64,000 nucleotides of DNA from an uncultured candidate division Zixibacteria bacterium (GCA_963806185.1 CAWDXE010000007.1:928001-992000), one strand, 5' to 3'. Positions 21,952 to 31,752 are shown, counted from the first letter of the stretch. A program made the numbers and translations. Notes: generated by a model not told the origin, from the letters alone.

Positions 21952-23408
21952 ATGTCGACCCCCCGGATAGCGGCAACAGCCGCTTTGGCTTTGTCGATGG
22001 TTTCCTGGTATTCCCGTGTGGGGTTGGAATCGGCAACGATACCGGCACCGGCCTGAACGAAATAGGACTGACTTTTCTTGACGATGGTGCGGATCGCAAT
22101 ACACGAGTCGAGATTGCCCCAGAAATCGAGGTAGGCGATGGAGCCGGCGTAAACACCGCGCCGGGTTGGTTCGAGTTCGTCGATAATTTCCATAGCCCGA
22201 ATCTTCGGGGCACCGGAAACAGTCCCCGCGGGGAAACAGGCAAAGTAGGCGTCGAGGGCACTGATGTCCTTCTTCAAGGTACCCTTGACCGAACTGACGA
22301 GGTGGATGACATGCGAGTATTTCTCAACCTTCATGTTGTCGTGCACACCCACGGAGCCGGGAACGCTGACGCGGCCGATGTCATTGCGGCCAAGGTCGAG
22401 CAGCATGGTATGTTCGGCGATTTCCTTTTCGTCGTTGCGAAGATCAACAATCAGGTGTTCGTCTTCCGCATCAGTTTTGCCGCGCGGCCGCGTTCCGGCG
22501 ATCGGGCGTCCTTCGATCGTGCCATCCTCGATACGAACGAGCATCTCGGGCGACGAGCCGATGACGGCATTGTCGCCAAAATTGAGCAGAAACATATACG
22601 GCGACGGGTTTAGTCGGCGCAGGTTTCGATACACTGACAGAGGGTCGCTTTTGGAGTTGAGACGCCATCTCTGCGACAGGACTACTTGAAGGATGTCGCC
22701 TTCTTTGATATGGTGTTCAGCGCGGCGGACCATGGTCTCGAAGTCGGGGCGGGTTTGCTCGGCGATCATGCGCACCTTTTGCTTTTTGGGTGGCGGCTTC
22801 GGGATACGGAGGGGACGCTGCAGAGCGGAGATGGTCTCTTTCAGGAGACGCTGAGCGCGGGTAATTTTGGCCGCCAGGCCCTTTTGACCTGAGTCGTGAA
22901 GCACGTTGACAATAACGATAATCTCCTGGCGGAGGTGGTCAAAGACGACAATTCGGCTATACAGGCCAAACTGGCATTCGGGCAAGCCGATGGGATCGGG
23001 GCGGGTATCGGGGACTCGTTCAATCCATCGGATCGCATCATAGGAAAAATAGCCGACACCGCCGCCGGTAAATCGAGGCAGACCCTCAATCCGCACGGGC
23101 TGATACACCGAGAAGAGTTCCTTGAGAAATTCGAGCGGGCTGGCGGCGATATGTCGTTCCTTTTTCCCCTGGCGGACGATGACTTGTTTCCAGCGTCCCT
23201 CGATAACGAGAAAGGGATCGACGCCGATGAAGGAGTAGCGGGCCAACTTCTCCCCTCCTTCGACGGATTCAAGCAAGAACGAGTAGGGTCGACCGGACGC
23301 CAGTTTGATATAGGCACCCACCGGGGTTTCGAGATCAGATGGAATACGCGCGAAGACGGGGATCACGTTCCCTTGTTTCGCCAGAGCAGCAATGGCTTTT
23401 GCGGTCAT
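21948..23408 (-). CDS. trpE: Anthranilate synthase component I
   Basis: LLESVEGGE..ARYS, NPSPYM, SSPEML, PIAGTRPRG, EHTMLLDLGRND, FPAGTVSGAPK, QAGAGIVADS. ATGA overlap with the dapF-like gene. Confidence 0.97.
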   Translation of the reverse strand: MTAKAIAALAKQGNVIPVFARIPSDLETPVGAYIKLASGRPYSFLLESVEGGEKLARYSFIGVDPFLVIEGRWKQVIVRQGKKERHIAASPLEFLKELFSVYQPVRIEGLPRFTGGGVGYFSYDAIRWIERVPDTRPDPIGLPECQFGLYSRIVVFDHLRQEIIVIVNVLHDSGQKGLAAKITRAQRLLKETISALQRPLRIPKPPPKKQKVRMIAEQTRPDFETMVRRAEHHIKEGDILQVVLSQRWRLNSKSDPLSVYRNLRRLNPSPYMFLLNFGDNAVIGSSPEMLVRIEDGTIEGRPIAGTRPRGKTDAEDEHLIVDLRNDEKEIAEHTMLLDLGRNDIGRVSVPGSVGVHDNMKVEKYSHVIHLVSSVKGTLKKDISALDAYFACFPAGTVSGAPKIRAMEIIDELEPTRRGVYAGSIAYLDFWGNLDSCIAIRTIVKKSQSYFVQAGAGIVADSNPTREYQETIDKAKAAVAAIRGVDI

Positions 23409-24253
23409 CGGGTCCACAGGAATTCTCCTTCGCCGATGAATTCGGCCGGTCCGGTGAGTTCGATGATATTCGTTTTGGCGTTCCAGTGCACATGAAGCGA
23501 TCCGGGTCGAAAGACAACTTCGCAGCGGCGATCGACCAGTCCGAGCATGACACCGGCGGCGACGGCGGCCGCCGCTCCCGTACCGGATGAGCCGGTGGGG
23601 CCTGCGCCCCGCTCCCATTCGGCAACTTCCATTTTCTTGCGGCTGACAACACGGACGAATTCGACGTTGGTGGCATTCGGAAACACGGGCGCCTTTTCGA
23701 TTCTGGCTCCCAGTTCCTGCCAGGCAAATTTGAAGGTGTCTACGAGGATGATGGCGTGAGGATTGCCGACGGAGAGGCAAGTCATGCGATGGCGCCGGCC
23801 ATCGACGACGACGGGCGAATTGATGATGGTATAGAGCCGGGACTTCACCGGGATGCGTTTGGCGACGAAATCCGGGGCGCCGATTTCAGCCGTAAACTGG
23901 GGCAATTTTCGTCGTTCTGAAGGGCGAACGGCGTTGATGGTGCCGGCGACCTCGAAGCTGACGGGAGCGGGGCGTTTGGAGAGCCGGGCGAGATGAAGGG
24001 CGGCAATGCGGAGGCCGTTGCCCGACTTTTCGGCCCAGGAGCCGTCGGCGTTGAAAATATCCATTTTCCGGTCGGCTTTTCGGCTTTTCGAGAGGACGAG
24101 GATTCCGTCAGCGCCAATACCCCGGTTGGGGTGACAGATGGCGACGGCAAGTTTTGACCACTGTGCCCGACTGAGGCGCAGACGATCGGCCGGGATCACG
24201 AGAAACGTGTTTTCCAAGCCATGGTATTTAGCAAAAGATATGTTCATAGTCAT
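23405..24253 (-). CDS. Diaminopimelate epimerase-like protein with both catalytic Cys positions as Ser
   Basis: FAKYHGLENTF, GIGADG, FNADGS.AEKSGNG, SVGNPH, NVEF, WERGAGPTGSSGTGA. Confidence 0.85.
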   Translation of the reverse strand: MTMNISFAKYHGLENTFLVIPADRLRLSRAQWSKLAVAICHPNRGIGADGILVLSKSRKADRKMDIFNADGSWAEKSGNGLRIAALHLARLSKRPAPVSFEVAGTINAVRPSERRKLPQFTAEIGAPDFVAKRIPVKSRLYTIINSPVVVDGRRHRMTCLSVGNPHAIILVDTFKFAWQELGARIEKAPVFPNATNVEFVRVVSRKKMEVAEWERGAGPTGSSGTGAAAAVAAGVMLGLVDRRCEVVFRPGSLHVHWNAKTNIIELTGPAEFIGEGEFLWTR

Positions 24254-24284
24254 TGAATGTTCAATCTTGCCGCTTGCAGGGCAA

Positions 24285-24311
24285 TAAAAAAACCCGCCGA
24301 AGAGGCGGGTT
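24285..24311 (-). terminator. Intrinsic terminator of the candidate trp attenuator
   Basis: Minus strand AACCCGCC-TCTTC-GGCGGGTT followed by a run of T, about 30 nt before the dapF-like start. Confidence 0.9.
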
Positions 24312-24343
24312 GAATGTACGATTTGCTCTGCAATGAGGGCAAT

Positions 24344-24475
24344 TTACCGATCGCGCCGCCTCCGAACCGGGACAAAGCTATACCGACGCCACTGCCACAT
24401 CGCCCAAACAACGGCAACATTAAGCAGAAGTGCCGCAACGGCTCCGATCTCTATGGTAATATACGCGTTCATCAT
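24344..24475 (-). CDS. Candidate Trp leader peptide (43 aa)
   Basis: Manual translation MMNAYITIEIGAVAALLLNVAVVWAMWQWRRYSFVPVRRRRDR*; GAGG upstream; 3 Trp in 6 codons; ends just before the terminator. Confidence 0.7.
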   Translation of the reverse strand: MMNAYITIEIGAVAALLLNVAVVWAMWQWRRYSFVPVRRRRDR

Positions 24476-24497
24476 TGACCTCAGATATCAATATATG

Positions 24498-25715
24498 TCA
24501 TTTCACGTATTTAGCAAACAAATTCGCGAGTCGGGCGACGCCTTCATCGATTTGCGCCGGCAGAGCGTTGGAGAAATTGAGCCGGAGCGTGTTTTCACCG
24601 CCGCCGTTGGCAAAAAACGGGGCACCGGGAACGTAGGCCACTTTCAGGTCGACCGCCTGCTGGAAGAGCGCCTGCGCCGAACAATGTTCGGGAAGGGTCA
24701 GCCAGAGGAACAGTCCGCCTTCCGGGCGGGTCCAGGTGATCCCCTTGGGGAAGCGATCCTCAAGAAGTTTCAGCATGAGATTTCGCTTCATGAGGTAATC
24801 GTCACGAATTCGCTGGACGTGCGGTTCAAAGCGGCCGGACTTCATGTACTCAAAGATCATGTACTGGTTGAAGGTGCTGCTGTGCAGATCGGTGAATTGT
24901 TTCACTTTTTCAAGAATGGCCATAAGCTTGCCGGGGCCGACAATCCATCCGACCCGAAGTCCGGGAGTGACGGTTTTGGAGAAGGTTCGGAGAGCGATGA
25001 CTCCGTCTCCGCCCAGACTTTTGAGGCTGGGCAGAGGAGTACCGGCGAATCGGATATAGGCATACGGGTTGTCATCGACGATCGGGACGTGATAGCGCGC
25101 AGCCACAGCGACCAATGCTTTGCGGCGTTCGAGCGACATGGTAATTCCAGTGGGATTCTGGAAATCGGAGATTACGTAGATGAACTTGGGACGATATTGG
25201 CGAAGCCGATCTTCCACCTGATCGACGATCATCCCGTCCTCGTCCATATCCACTGTACAATAGCGGGCCTGGTAGTAGCCGAAGACCTGGAGGGCACCGA
25301 CGTAGGTGGGGTTTTCGGTCAGAATGTAATCGCCGGGATTCAGAAAGGTCCGAGCAAGCATCTCGATACCCTGCTGGGCGCCGGTGGTAATCATGATATT
25401 GTCAGCGGTGGCGTGCCCGCCCTCGGAGGTCTCTCGCTGGGCCAGCAGCTCGCGCAGAGGCGTGATGCCTCGCGTGAGCGTGTACTGCAGAGCGGGGGCA
25501 CCGTAGGAATCGAGCACCTGCGAGCACACAGCTTTGAGATCTTCGAGGGGAAAGAGTTCCGGGGCAGGGAGACCGCCGGCAAACGAAATAACGCCCGGCT
25601 GAGAGGCGAATTTAAGGATTTCGCGAATGACGGAGGGCTTCAAGTCGACCACGCCCTGGGTGATCGCCCAACCGTCGATACTCGCGTTTTGTTGAGTCGA
25701 ATCTACGGGATTCAT
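24498..25715 (-). CDS. PLP-dependent aminotransferase class I/II (LysN/aromatic aminotransferase-like)
   Basis: ISFAGGLPAPELFP, TGAQQG, ENPTYVGA, FQNPTG, DDNPY, TFSKTVTPGLRVGW, GGLFLW, LRLNFS. Confidence 0.92.
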   Translation of the reverse strand: MNPVDSTQQNASIDGWAITQGVVDLKPSVIREILKFASQPGVISFAGGLPAPELFPLEDLKAVCSQVLDSYGAPALQYTLTRGITPLRELLAQRETSEGGHATADNIMITTGAQQGIEMLARTFLNPGDYILTENPTYVGALQVFGYYQARYCTVDMDEDGMIVDQVEDRLRQYRPKFIYVISDFQNPTGITMSLERRKALVAVAARYHVPIVDDNPYAYIRFAGTPLPSLKSLGGDGVIALRTFSKTVTPGLRVGWIVGPGKLMAILEKVKQFTDLHSSTFNQYMIFEYMKSGRFEPHVQRIRDDYLMKRNLMLKLLEDRFPKGITWTRPEGGLFLWLTLPEHCSAQALFQQAVDLKVAYVPGAPFFANGGGENTLRLNFSNALPAQIDEGVARLANLFAKYVK

Positions 25716-25843
25716 AATTCTCAATGGTTCCTGTCTGCTTCACAATTGTCTAATATGGTGGAGATCATACGCGGGCAATATAGCCACTTTGACGGTGAGA
25801 GCAACCGCTTCCGGAGAGTGCTATTTCGAGTGGCAGTTTAGTC

Positions 25844-25873
25844 TTGCCAGCCTTGGGTTGTGTTGCCTACCTT
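25844..25873 (+). promoter_or_regulatory. Sigma70-type promoter candidate for the kinase operon
   Basis: TTGCCA-N18-TACCTT, 8 nt before ATG 25882. Confidence 0.4.
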
Positions 25874-25881
25874 TGAGGTTT

Positions 25882-27315
25882 ATGCAGCAAGATATTATAG
25901 GAAATTACCGGGTAGTTCAGAAGATTGGCGCCGGCGGTATGGCCAAAGTGTACCTGGCCGTGCATGTTGATATTCCCAATCTGAAGGTGATTCTCAAAAT
26001 ACTCGAAGATCCGCAGTTGGTGGATCGTTTTCGCCAGGAAGCGGACAAGCTGGCGTTGCTCGACGGCAACTCGAAGATCTGTCAGATCAAGCACTTCTTC
26101 GCCCATGGTGACGAATTTGTCATCGCGATGGAATATATCGACGGGGTTTCGCTGGATCAGACGGTGAAGGAGCTGGGGCGGCTGCCGTTGGGCGAGGCGG
26201 TACGGATCATGTGCGAAGTGCTGGATGTGCTTGATTTCGCCCACAGCAAGGAGATTTATCATCGCGATATCAAACCGTCGAATATCATGATCGACAAGCG
26301 CGGGATGGTAAAGGTGATCGATTTCGGGATTGCCAAGGGGAAATCCGATCCCGATTTGACGATTGCCGGCACGGCCTGCGGTACACCGTCGTATATGGCG
26401 CCGGAGCAATTTACGCCGACGCCGAGCACGAATTACGGTGTAATTGACATCTACGCGGCGGGAACGACACTCTTCAACCTGGTGACCGGTGATCTGCCAT
26501 TTAAGGCCGACAACGAGTTCCTGCTGCGCGACGCGAAGCTGTTTAATGAGCCGGTATCGCCGCGGTCGCTGAATCCGGAAATACCCAAGGCGCTGGAGGA
26601 AGTCATCCTCAAGTCGCTGAAGCGTACGCCGACGGAACGGTATATGACGGCAGCTGCCATGAAGAAGGCGCTGGAGGCAGTGCCTCTCCCTCGCGATTCC
26701 GGATCGCATCACGAGAAGACGGTGGCAATTGGCACGTCGACGGAAAAAAAGACGGACTCCAGATCACGGGCGGGGATGTTCGTTGGAATTGCGGCCGCAA
26801 TCGTGATTGTGGGAGTGGGAGCCTACTGGATGCTGGGTGGGAAAAGTGAACCCGCAGGAAATGTCCCAAGTTCAATTCCATCCGGAGATAGCTTACACAC
26901 CGCACAAGCGACCGATACCCAGAAGCAGGTGACGGAGCCGGCACAAGTTGCGCAGGACCAACCTCGCACGGCGACCACCGCTGAGCAGAATTCGAATAGA
27001 CAGACTGTCGAAAACTCACGGCCCCAAACCACGACGACAGGTGAGTCACCCAAGCCGGTGACGGTCGAGCCGGTCAAACAGCAACCGGTGGGATCGGCCG
27101 AAGTGCGTATCGGATCCGGCAGTTACCCGGGAGCGCGAATCTATATTAATGGGAAGCTTCAGGACGAAGTCACGCCGTATGCGTTCAAGCTGACGCCGGG
27201 TGAATATCGGATAGAAGTAAAGACGGAAATCGACGGGCAGGCGGCAAGTCGTGATACGACGCTGACAATAGCGGCGGGAGACGCAGTGAGAGTGAATCTG
27301 AAATTCGATCAATAA
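25882..27315 (+). CDS. Membrane Hanks-type Ser/Thr kinase with C-terminal PEGA domain
   Basis: IGAGGMAKVY, HRDIKPSN, DFG, GTPSYMAPE; TM FVGIAAAIVIVGVGAYWML; Pro/Thr/Gln linker; GARIYING...TP...LTPGEY. Confidence 0.92.
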   Translation: MQQDIIGNYRVVQKIGAGGMAKVYLAVHVDIPNLKVILKILEDPQLVDRFRQEADKLALLDGNSKICQIKHFFAHGDEFVIAMEYIDGVSLDQTVKELGRLPLGEAVRIMCEVLDVLDFAHSKEIYHRDIKPSNIMIDKRGMVKVIDFGIAKGKSDPDLTIAGTACGTPSYMAPEQFTPTPSTNYGVIDIYAAGTTLFNLVTGDLPFKADNEFLLRDAKLFNEPVSPRSLNPEIPKALEEVILKSLKRTPTERYMTAAAMKKALEAVPLPRDSGSHHEKTVAIGTSTEKKTDSRSRAGMFVGIAAAIVIVGVGAYWMLGGKSEPAGNVPSSIPSGDSLHTAQATDTQKQVTEPAQVAQDQPRTATTAEQNSNRQTVENSRPQTTTTGESPKPVTVEPVKQQPVGSAEVRIGSGSYPGARIYINGKLQDEVTPYAFKLTPGEYRIEVKTEIDGQAASRDTTLTIAAGDAVRVNLKFDQ

Positions 27316-27404
27316 GAGTTGCGCGAGCAGAATTGTGGTTTCTATATTGATGCTGTCCCGACAATTTTTTGAAAAACAATGCATATCAATATGAGGGTAC
27401 CAGT

Positions 27405-28454
27405 ATGGTGAGCACTTCGCACATGGCAAGGCGAGCAGGTCTTGCGGTCGGCATCGCGGTCCTCTGCGTGACCGCGGCATTTGCGCAGGTCCAGAAGAGC
27501 AGCACGGTTCCGGAACAGTTGGCCGAGGCCGTCCGGCTGTACAGTGACCTGGAGTTTGAAAAGGCGTTGGGAGTAGCTAATGACGTGTTGGCTCGCCCGG
27601 GATTGACGACGCAGGACAGCGTGGCCATTCTGGAGGTGTTGAGCATCGTCAACTACGCCAAGGGGGCGGAATTCCAGCGCAAAGCGTTCAGCTATCTGGA
27701 GCAGATTTCGAAAATCGGCCCCTGTGTCCTGCAATTGCCTCGCGACATCTGGCCTCAGGAGCTGCGGACCAAGTGGTTCAGATTGACCAACGCGAAGGAC
27801 TCGCTGTTGTGTCATGTAAATTCGGAACCGGGGCAGAAGACGGTGGCAATCCTGCCCTTTGACAATTACTCGGTGGGAAAGTACCAGCAGGAGCTAGGCA
27901 TGTTGAGCCGGGCGCTCTCTGAATTCATGGTGCTCGACTTCATGAAACTGGGCAATATGAAAGTGGTTGAGCGCGATAAGATCGAATTCATTCTGAAGGA
28001 ACTGGAACTGCAGAAGTCGGGGGCGGTTGACCAGTCCACGGCATCCAAGGTCGGCAAGATCGTCGGGGCGCAGTACATGGTTTTCGGCAGTATTACGCAG
28101 CTCGACGACAAGACGGCGGCGATGATGGCCCGGGTGGTCAAGGTTGAGACGTCGGAAATTGTCGCCTCGGCGGATATCCAGGGTAAGCCGGAATATCTGA
28201 AGATGCAGAAGGATCTGGTGGCGGACCTGGCGAAGAAACTGGATGAGACGCTGGGCAGCAATGTTCGTCAACTCATTCAGGAAGCCTCGACCGAGACGAT
28301 GGACGCGGCGAAGTACTACTCGCAAGGTCTGGAATTTGTCGATCAGTACGAATACAAGAAGGCGTATGACGCCTTCAAGAAAGCGTACGATATGGACAAG
28401 ACGTTTGCTGAAGCGAAGAAGAAAATGGATGTCTACCGACCGTTGGCCGGTTAA
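27405..28454 (+). CDS. Secreted CsgG/FlgO-like domain protein with TPR-like helices
   Basis: Signal peptide; TVAILPFDN, VVERDKIEFILKELEL, ASKVGKIVGAQYMVFGSI, ARVVKVETSEI. Confidence 0.75.
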   Translation: MVSTSHMARRAGLAVGIAVLCVTAAFAQVQKSSTVPEQLAEAVRLYSDLEFEKALGVANDVLARPGLTTQDSVAILEVLSIVNYAKGAEFQRKAFSYLEQISKIGPCVLQLPRDIWPQELRTKWFRLTNAKDSLLCHVNSEPGQKTVAILPFDNYSVGKYQQELGMLSRALSEFMVLDFMKLGNMKVVERDKIEFILKELELQKSGAVDQSTASKVGKIVGAQYMVFGSITQLDDKTAAMMARVVKVETSEIVASADIQGKPEYLKMQKDLVADLAKKLDETLGSNVRQLIQEASTETMDAAKYYSQGLEFVDQYEYKKAYDAFKKAYDMDKTFAEAKKKMDVYRPLAG

Positions 28455-28475
28455 GCGCAAAGGAAAGCGGAATTC

Positions 28476-29777
28476 ATGAATCGCCACATACCTCATATCG
28501 CGATTGGCCTTCTCATCTGCGCCCTCGGCGGCTCGCCAAGAGCGCAATCGCCGACGATTGATCCGGTCGCGCTGGACAAGGCCATTGCGAACAGCTACAA
28601 GATGATTGACGCGCACCCGAAGGATCAGAAGCCGTGGCAGGATCTCGGCCTAGCCATGTATCAGAAGGGTGATTTGTCGGGAGCCGAGGAATCGTTGAAG
28701 CGAGCGTTGCAGCTCAAGCCGGATGACCCCAAGACACATCTCTACATGGGCATGGTGCTGGAGAAGCAAAACCAGTCGGACAACGCGCTGAAGGCGTATG
28801 CAGCCGGTCTCCGGAGCAACCCAAAAGGCAAGACCGGTTCAGCGATACGGGCACGCCTGTCGTTTTTGAGCGAACAACGGCTCAAGGCGCAGGCGAGCGA
28901 CGTCGTTCAGAAGGAGAAATCAATTAACGTAGAGTCGTTTCCAGAGAAATCAATCGCCGTTGTGAATTTCGACGGCTCGACTCTCCCCCCTGACCTGGCG
29001 CCGCTCAGCCTGGGGCTGGCGGAAATGACTTCGAATGACCTCAGCAAGGTGCATGAATTGACGGTGATAGAACGATCGAAGCTCGATTTCATCATGCAGG
29101 AACTGAAGCTGTCGGAAAATGGCATGGTCGATCAGGCAACGGCTCCGAGAATGGGCAAGCTGCTTGGCTCGAAGCAGGTCGTGACCGGATCGCTGGTGGG
29201 AGCCGGTCCTGAGCGAATCCACCTGGACGGCGGCATCGTATCGACTGGTGACGGCGAATTCACGCCGACCGGGGCCAATGAAGGCGAGCTCAAATCGTTT
29301 TTCAAGGTACAGAAGGAATTCGTGTTTGGCGTGCTGGATAAGGCCGGCGTGAAGCCGACGCCGGAGGAGCGCACCGAAATTGAAAAGGTTCCTACTGAAT
29401 CGTATGTTGCATTCCTGGCATACAGCCGGGGTCTGGATTTCCAGCGTCGCGGCATGCCGAATGAGGCGCTGGGTGCGTTTCAGAGCGCCGTTAAGGCGGA
29501 CGGATCTTTCAAGGAAGCAGCATCACAGTCAGACATGCTGGGTGCTCGACTGGCGCCGGGAAATGCGTACGCATCGGACTTCGGTTCCTTTGAGGAGCAG
29601 ATACTGGATGATGCATCGTCGACGGGCAAACTAGGCGATGTGGATTATCGCCTCTTTGAGATCGTCATAGATAACGGGATGATTCCACACAATACTCCGG
29701 TTCCACCGATCAAGCCGCCGTTTGTGGCGGGTAAGACGACGGTCATTGTTCACGGGGGCGCACATGGAGACAAATAA
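28476..29777 (+). CDS. Secreted TPR plus CsgG/FlgO-like protein
   Basis: Signal peptide; TPR (WQDLGLAMYQKGDLSGAEESLKRALQLKP); IAVVNF, VIERSKLDFIMQELKL, APRMGKLLGSKQVVTGS. Confidence 0.75.
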   Translation: MNRHIPHIAIGLLICALGGSPRAQSPTIDPVALDKAIANSYKMIDAHPKDQKPWQDLGLAMYQKGDLSGAEESLKRALQLKPDDPKTHLYMGMVLEKQNQSDNALKAYAAGLRSNPKGKTGSAIRARLSFLSEQRLKAQASDVVQKEKSINVESFPEKSIAVVNFDGSTLPPDLAPLSLGLAEMTSNDLSKVHELTVIERSKLDFIMQELKLSENGMVDQATAPRMGKLLGSKQVVTGSLVGAGPERIHLDGGIVSTGDGEFTPTGANEGELKSFFKVQKEFVFGVLDKAGVKPTPEERTEIEKVPTESYVAFLAYSRGLDFQRRGMPNEALGAFQSAVKADGSFKEAASQSDMLGARLAPGNAYASDFGSFEEQILDDASSTGKLGDVDYRLFEIVIDNGMIPHNTPVPPIKPPFVAGKTTVIVHGGAHGDK

Positions 29778-30885
29778 GATGCGTACCCTTTTGGCGGCGG
29801 CAGTCCTGGTGCTCGGAACGGTCGTAAGCTCACAAGCACAAATAGTCTATGGGCAGCCCGCCTCGGGATCTTTGTCGTTTACCTATACGCATTGGTCGCT
29901 GGAGAGCGGCGACGCCAAGACGACGATCGGACAGGTTTCGTTGCCAGTGAGTGGGTTTCTTCCGCTCGGCGAAAATATGGACGCGCAATTCTATTTGGGC
30001 GGGACGTCCAACTCACTCAAAACCGACGTCAACGACTATTCGATGTCGGGGCTGGAGGATCTGCGACTGCAGATCAATCGCTCTCTGTCCAATGACCATC
30101 TTCTGTTGAGTCTGGGCGCGAGTCTTCCGACGGGTAAGAAGGAATTGAATCTTACCGAGGAGTGGCGGCTGGTGCAGGCGCTGTCGCAGGATTTTCTCAA
30201 CTTTCCCGTTCGTCGGCTGGGCGAAGGTCTGGGGCTGAATTTCCTGGTGGGCGGTGTGACCATGCTCGGGCAGATAAGAGCGGGTGCAGGGATTGGATAT
30301 TCCCTGCTGGGAAGTTACACGCCGTATGAAGGGGGGGACGACTACAATCCGGGCGACATACTAACGGCAAATCTCGGCTTTGACACCAAACGGGAGAACA
30401 CTCGCTGGGCTCTGCAGATGCTTCACACGTACTATGCCACCGACAAGTTCAAGGAGCTTAAGTCGTTTCGGCAGGGGCCGGTGACGCAATTCATTTTGTC
30501 GGGCGAGCGGATGTCGGACCGTTTCTCGGTAGGCGGCCAAGCGTCATATATTCTACGCGGACGGAATCAGCGGTACGCCTATCCGGCGGAGACGCTGGTT
30601 GATCAATTGAAGCTGTTCGGCAACGAGTTTTCGCTCGGGGCGAACTGCGGGTTCACCACCGGTCCGCAATGGACGATTGCGCCGTTTGCGTCGGCGCGGT
30701 TCATTCAGGCCAATGAGGAGACGCTCGACAATTCGCATATATATGGAATCGGTTCGGGGATTGTCCGAGCAATCGGTCAGGGGAATATTGAAGCACGCTT
30801 TGGATGGTACACCGGGCAGGCAGACGGCGGCACGATTGATCTGTCCGGAATTCAAGTGTCCTGCGGTGCACGCGTAACGTTTTAG
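29764..30885 (+). CDS. Putative outer-membrane beta-barrel protein
   Basis: Signal peptide, alternating amphipathic strands, SLPTGK motif, C-terminal Phe (GARVTF). Confidence 0.7.
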   Translation: METNKMRTLLAAAVLVLGTVVSSQAQIVYGQPASGSLSFTYTHWSLESGDAKTTIGQVSLPVSGFLPLGENMDAQFYLGGTSNSLKTDVNDYSMSGLEDLRLQINRSLSNDHLLLSLGASLPTGKKELNLTEEWRLVQALSQDFLNFPVRRLGEGLGLNFLVGGVTMLGQIRAGAGIGYSLLGSYTPYEGGDDYNPGDILTANLGFDTKRENTRWALQMLHTYYATDKFKELKSFRQGPVTQFILSGERMSDRFSVGGQASYILRGRNQRYAYPAETLVDQLKLFGNEFSLGANCGFTTGPQWTIAPFASARFIQANEETLDNSHIYGIGSGIVRAIGQGNIEARFGWYTGQADGGTIDLSGIQVSCGARVTF

Positions 30886-30894
30886 GGGAATGAC

Positions 30895-31752
30895 ATGGTA
30901 AAATACAATGTTCTCTATATCGCGGTGACAGTGGTACTGGCGGGACTGGCGATGTTCGGTTGTTCGGAGCGGATTGTCGACCAGGGGAGTTCTCTCAACA
31001 GTGCTGTGGTGCGAATTGACGCACCGGCGGCGCTGTCGACCGGGATTGCACCGTACGCTCATATCAGGATCAGCGGCCCGGACATGCCGTCGATGCTTGT
31101 GCCGTTGTCGCTCGACAGTGTGACCAATCGGTGGAGCGGCGAGCTCTCGGTGCCGTCAGGCATCGATCGCGAGTTCGTGCTTGAGGCAATTGACACGATG
31201 TACGGCGAAGGATCGTTTCCGGACAGCGAAATTGTACTTTATCGGGCGTCCGACACGGCCGACCTGATCGCCAATCAAACGGTCACGATTGATTTCACCC
31301 TCTTCCCTACTGTGCCATTGCTGACAACTACGCCGTCCGAGGTAAGATGCGCTATCGGAGATACCTTCTCGGTGATCCTGGCGCTGTATCACGGTCCGCA
31401 CAACTTGTACGGGATGGCTTGCCAGGTCTATTACCCGACGACATTTGTTATTGCCGATAGTGTGCAATTTTTCTCGGCGGCGGCCGATAGCATCATCGAG
31501 TTCGCGTCCGTAGACAGGGCGAACCCATATGTCTCAATTTCGGTTACGGAAACGAATACGACACAAACGCTCTGGCCCGGAACCAGCTATGCGAAGGTGG
31601 CGAAGATATTCTTCCGCACTACCGTGGGTAATGCAGGCAGCGGGTTGATCTGGGTGTCGAGTACTTCGATGCAGGACGCCAACCAGCAGTCGATCTATCC
31701 GAGTAATTTTTATACGGGATACACCAACGTGTTCACCACGGCCGCGCAGTAA
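30895..31752 (+). CDS. Lipoprotein with C-terminal cohesin-like domain
   Basis: Lipobox-like LAMFGC; GDTFSV.L....NLYGM..QVYY...KVAKIFFR pattern. Confidence 0.6.
   Translation: MVKYNVLYIAVTVVLAGLAMFGCSERIVDQGSSLNSAVVRIDAPAALSTGIAPYAHIRISGPDMPSMLVPLSLDSVTNRWSGELSVPSGIDREFVLEAIDTMYGEGSFPDSEIVLYRASDTADLIANQTVTIDFTLFPTVPLLTTTPSEVRCAIGDTFSVILALYHGPHNLYGMACQVYYPTTFVIADSVQFFSAAADSIIEFASVDRANPYVSISVTETNTTQTLWPGTSYAKVAKIFFRTTVGNAGSGLIWVSSTSMQDANQQSIYPSNFYTGYTNVFTTAAQ

Noticed and set aside
24250..24438. 62-aa ORF-track ORF, or a T-box riboswitch, upstream of the dapF-like gene
   Set aside because: The ORF runs through the terminator and has no RBS. I saw no T-box consensus (AGGGTGGNACCGCG). The Trp-rich ORF in another frame explains the region better.
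24333..25841. 502-aa plus-strand ORF and other long antisense ORFs (35794-36921, 41093-42391, 57721-58881)
   Set aside because: Shadow frames of well-supported minus-strand genes in GC-rich DNA, with no recognisable motifs.
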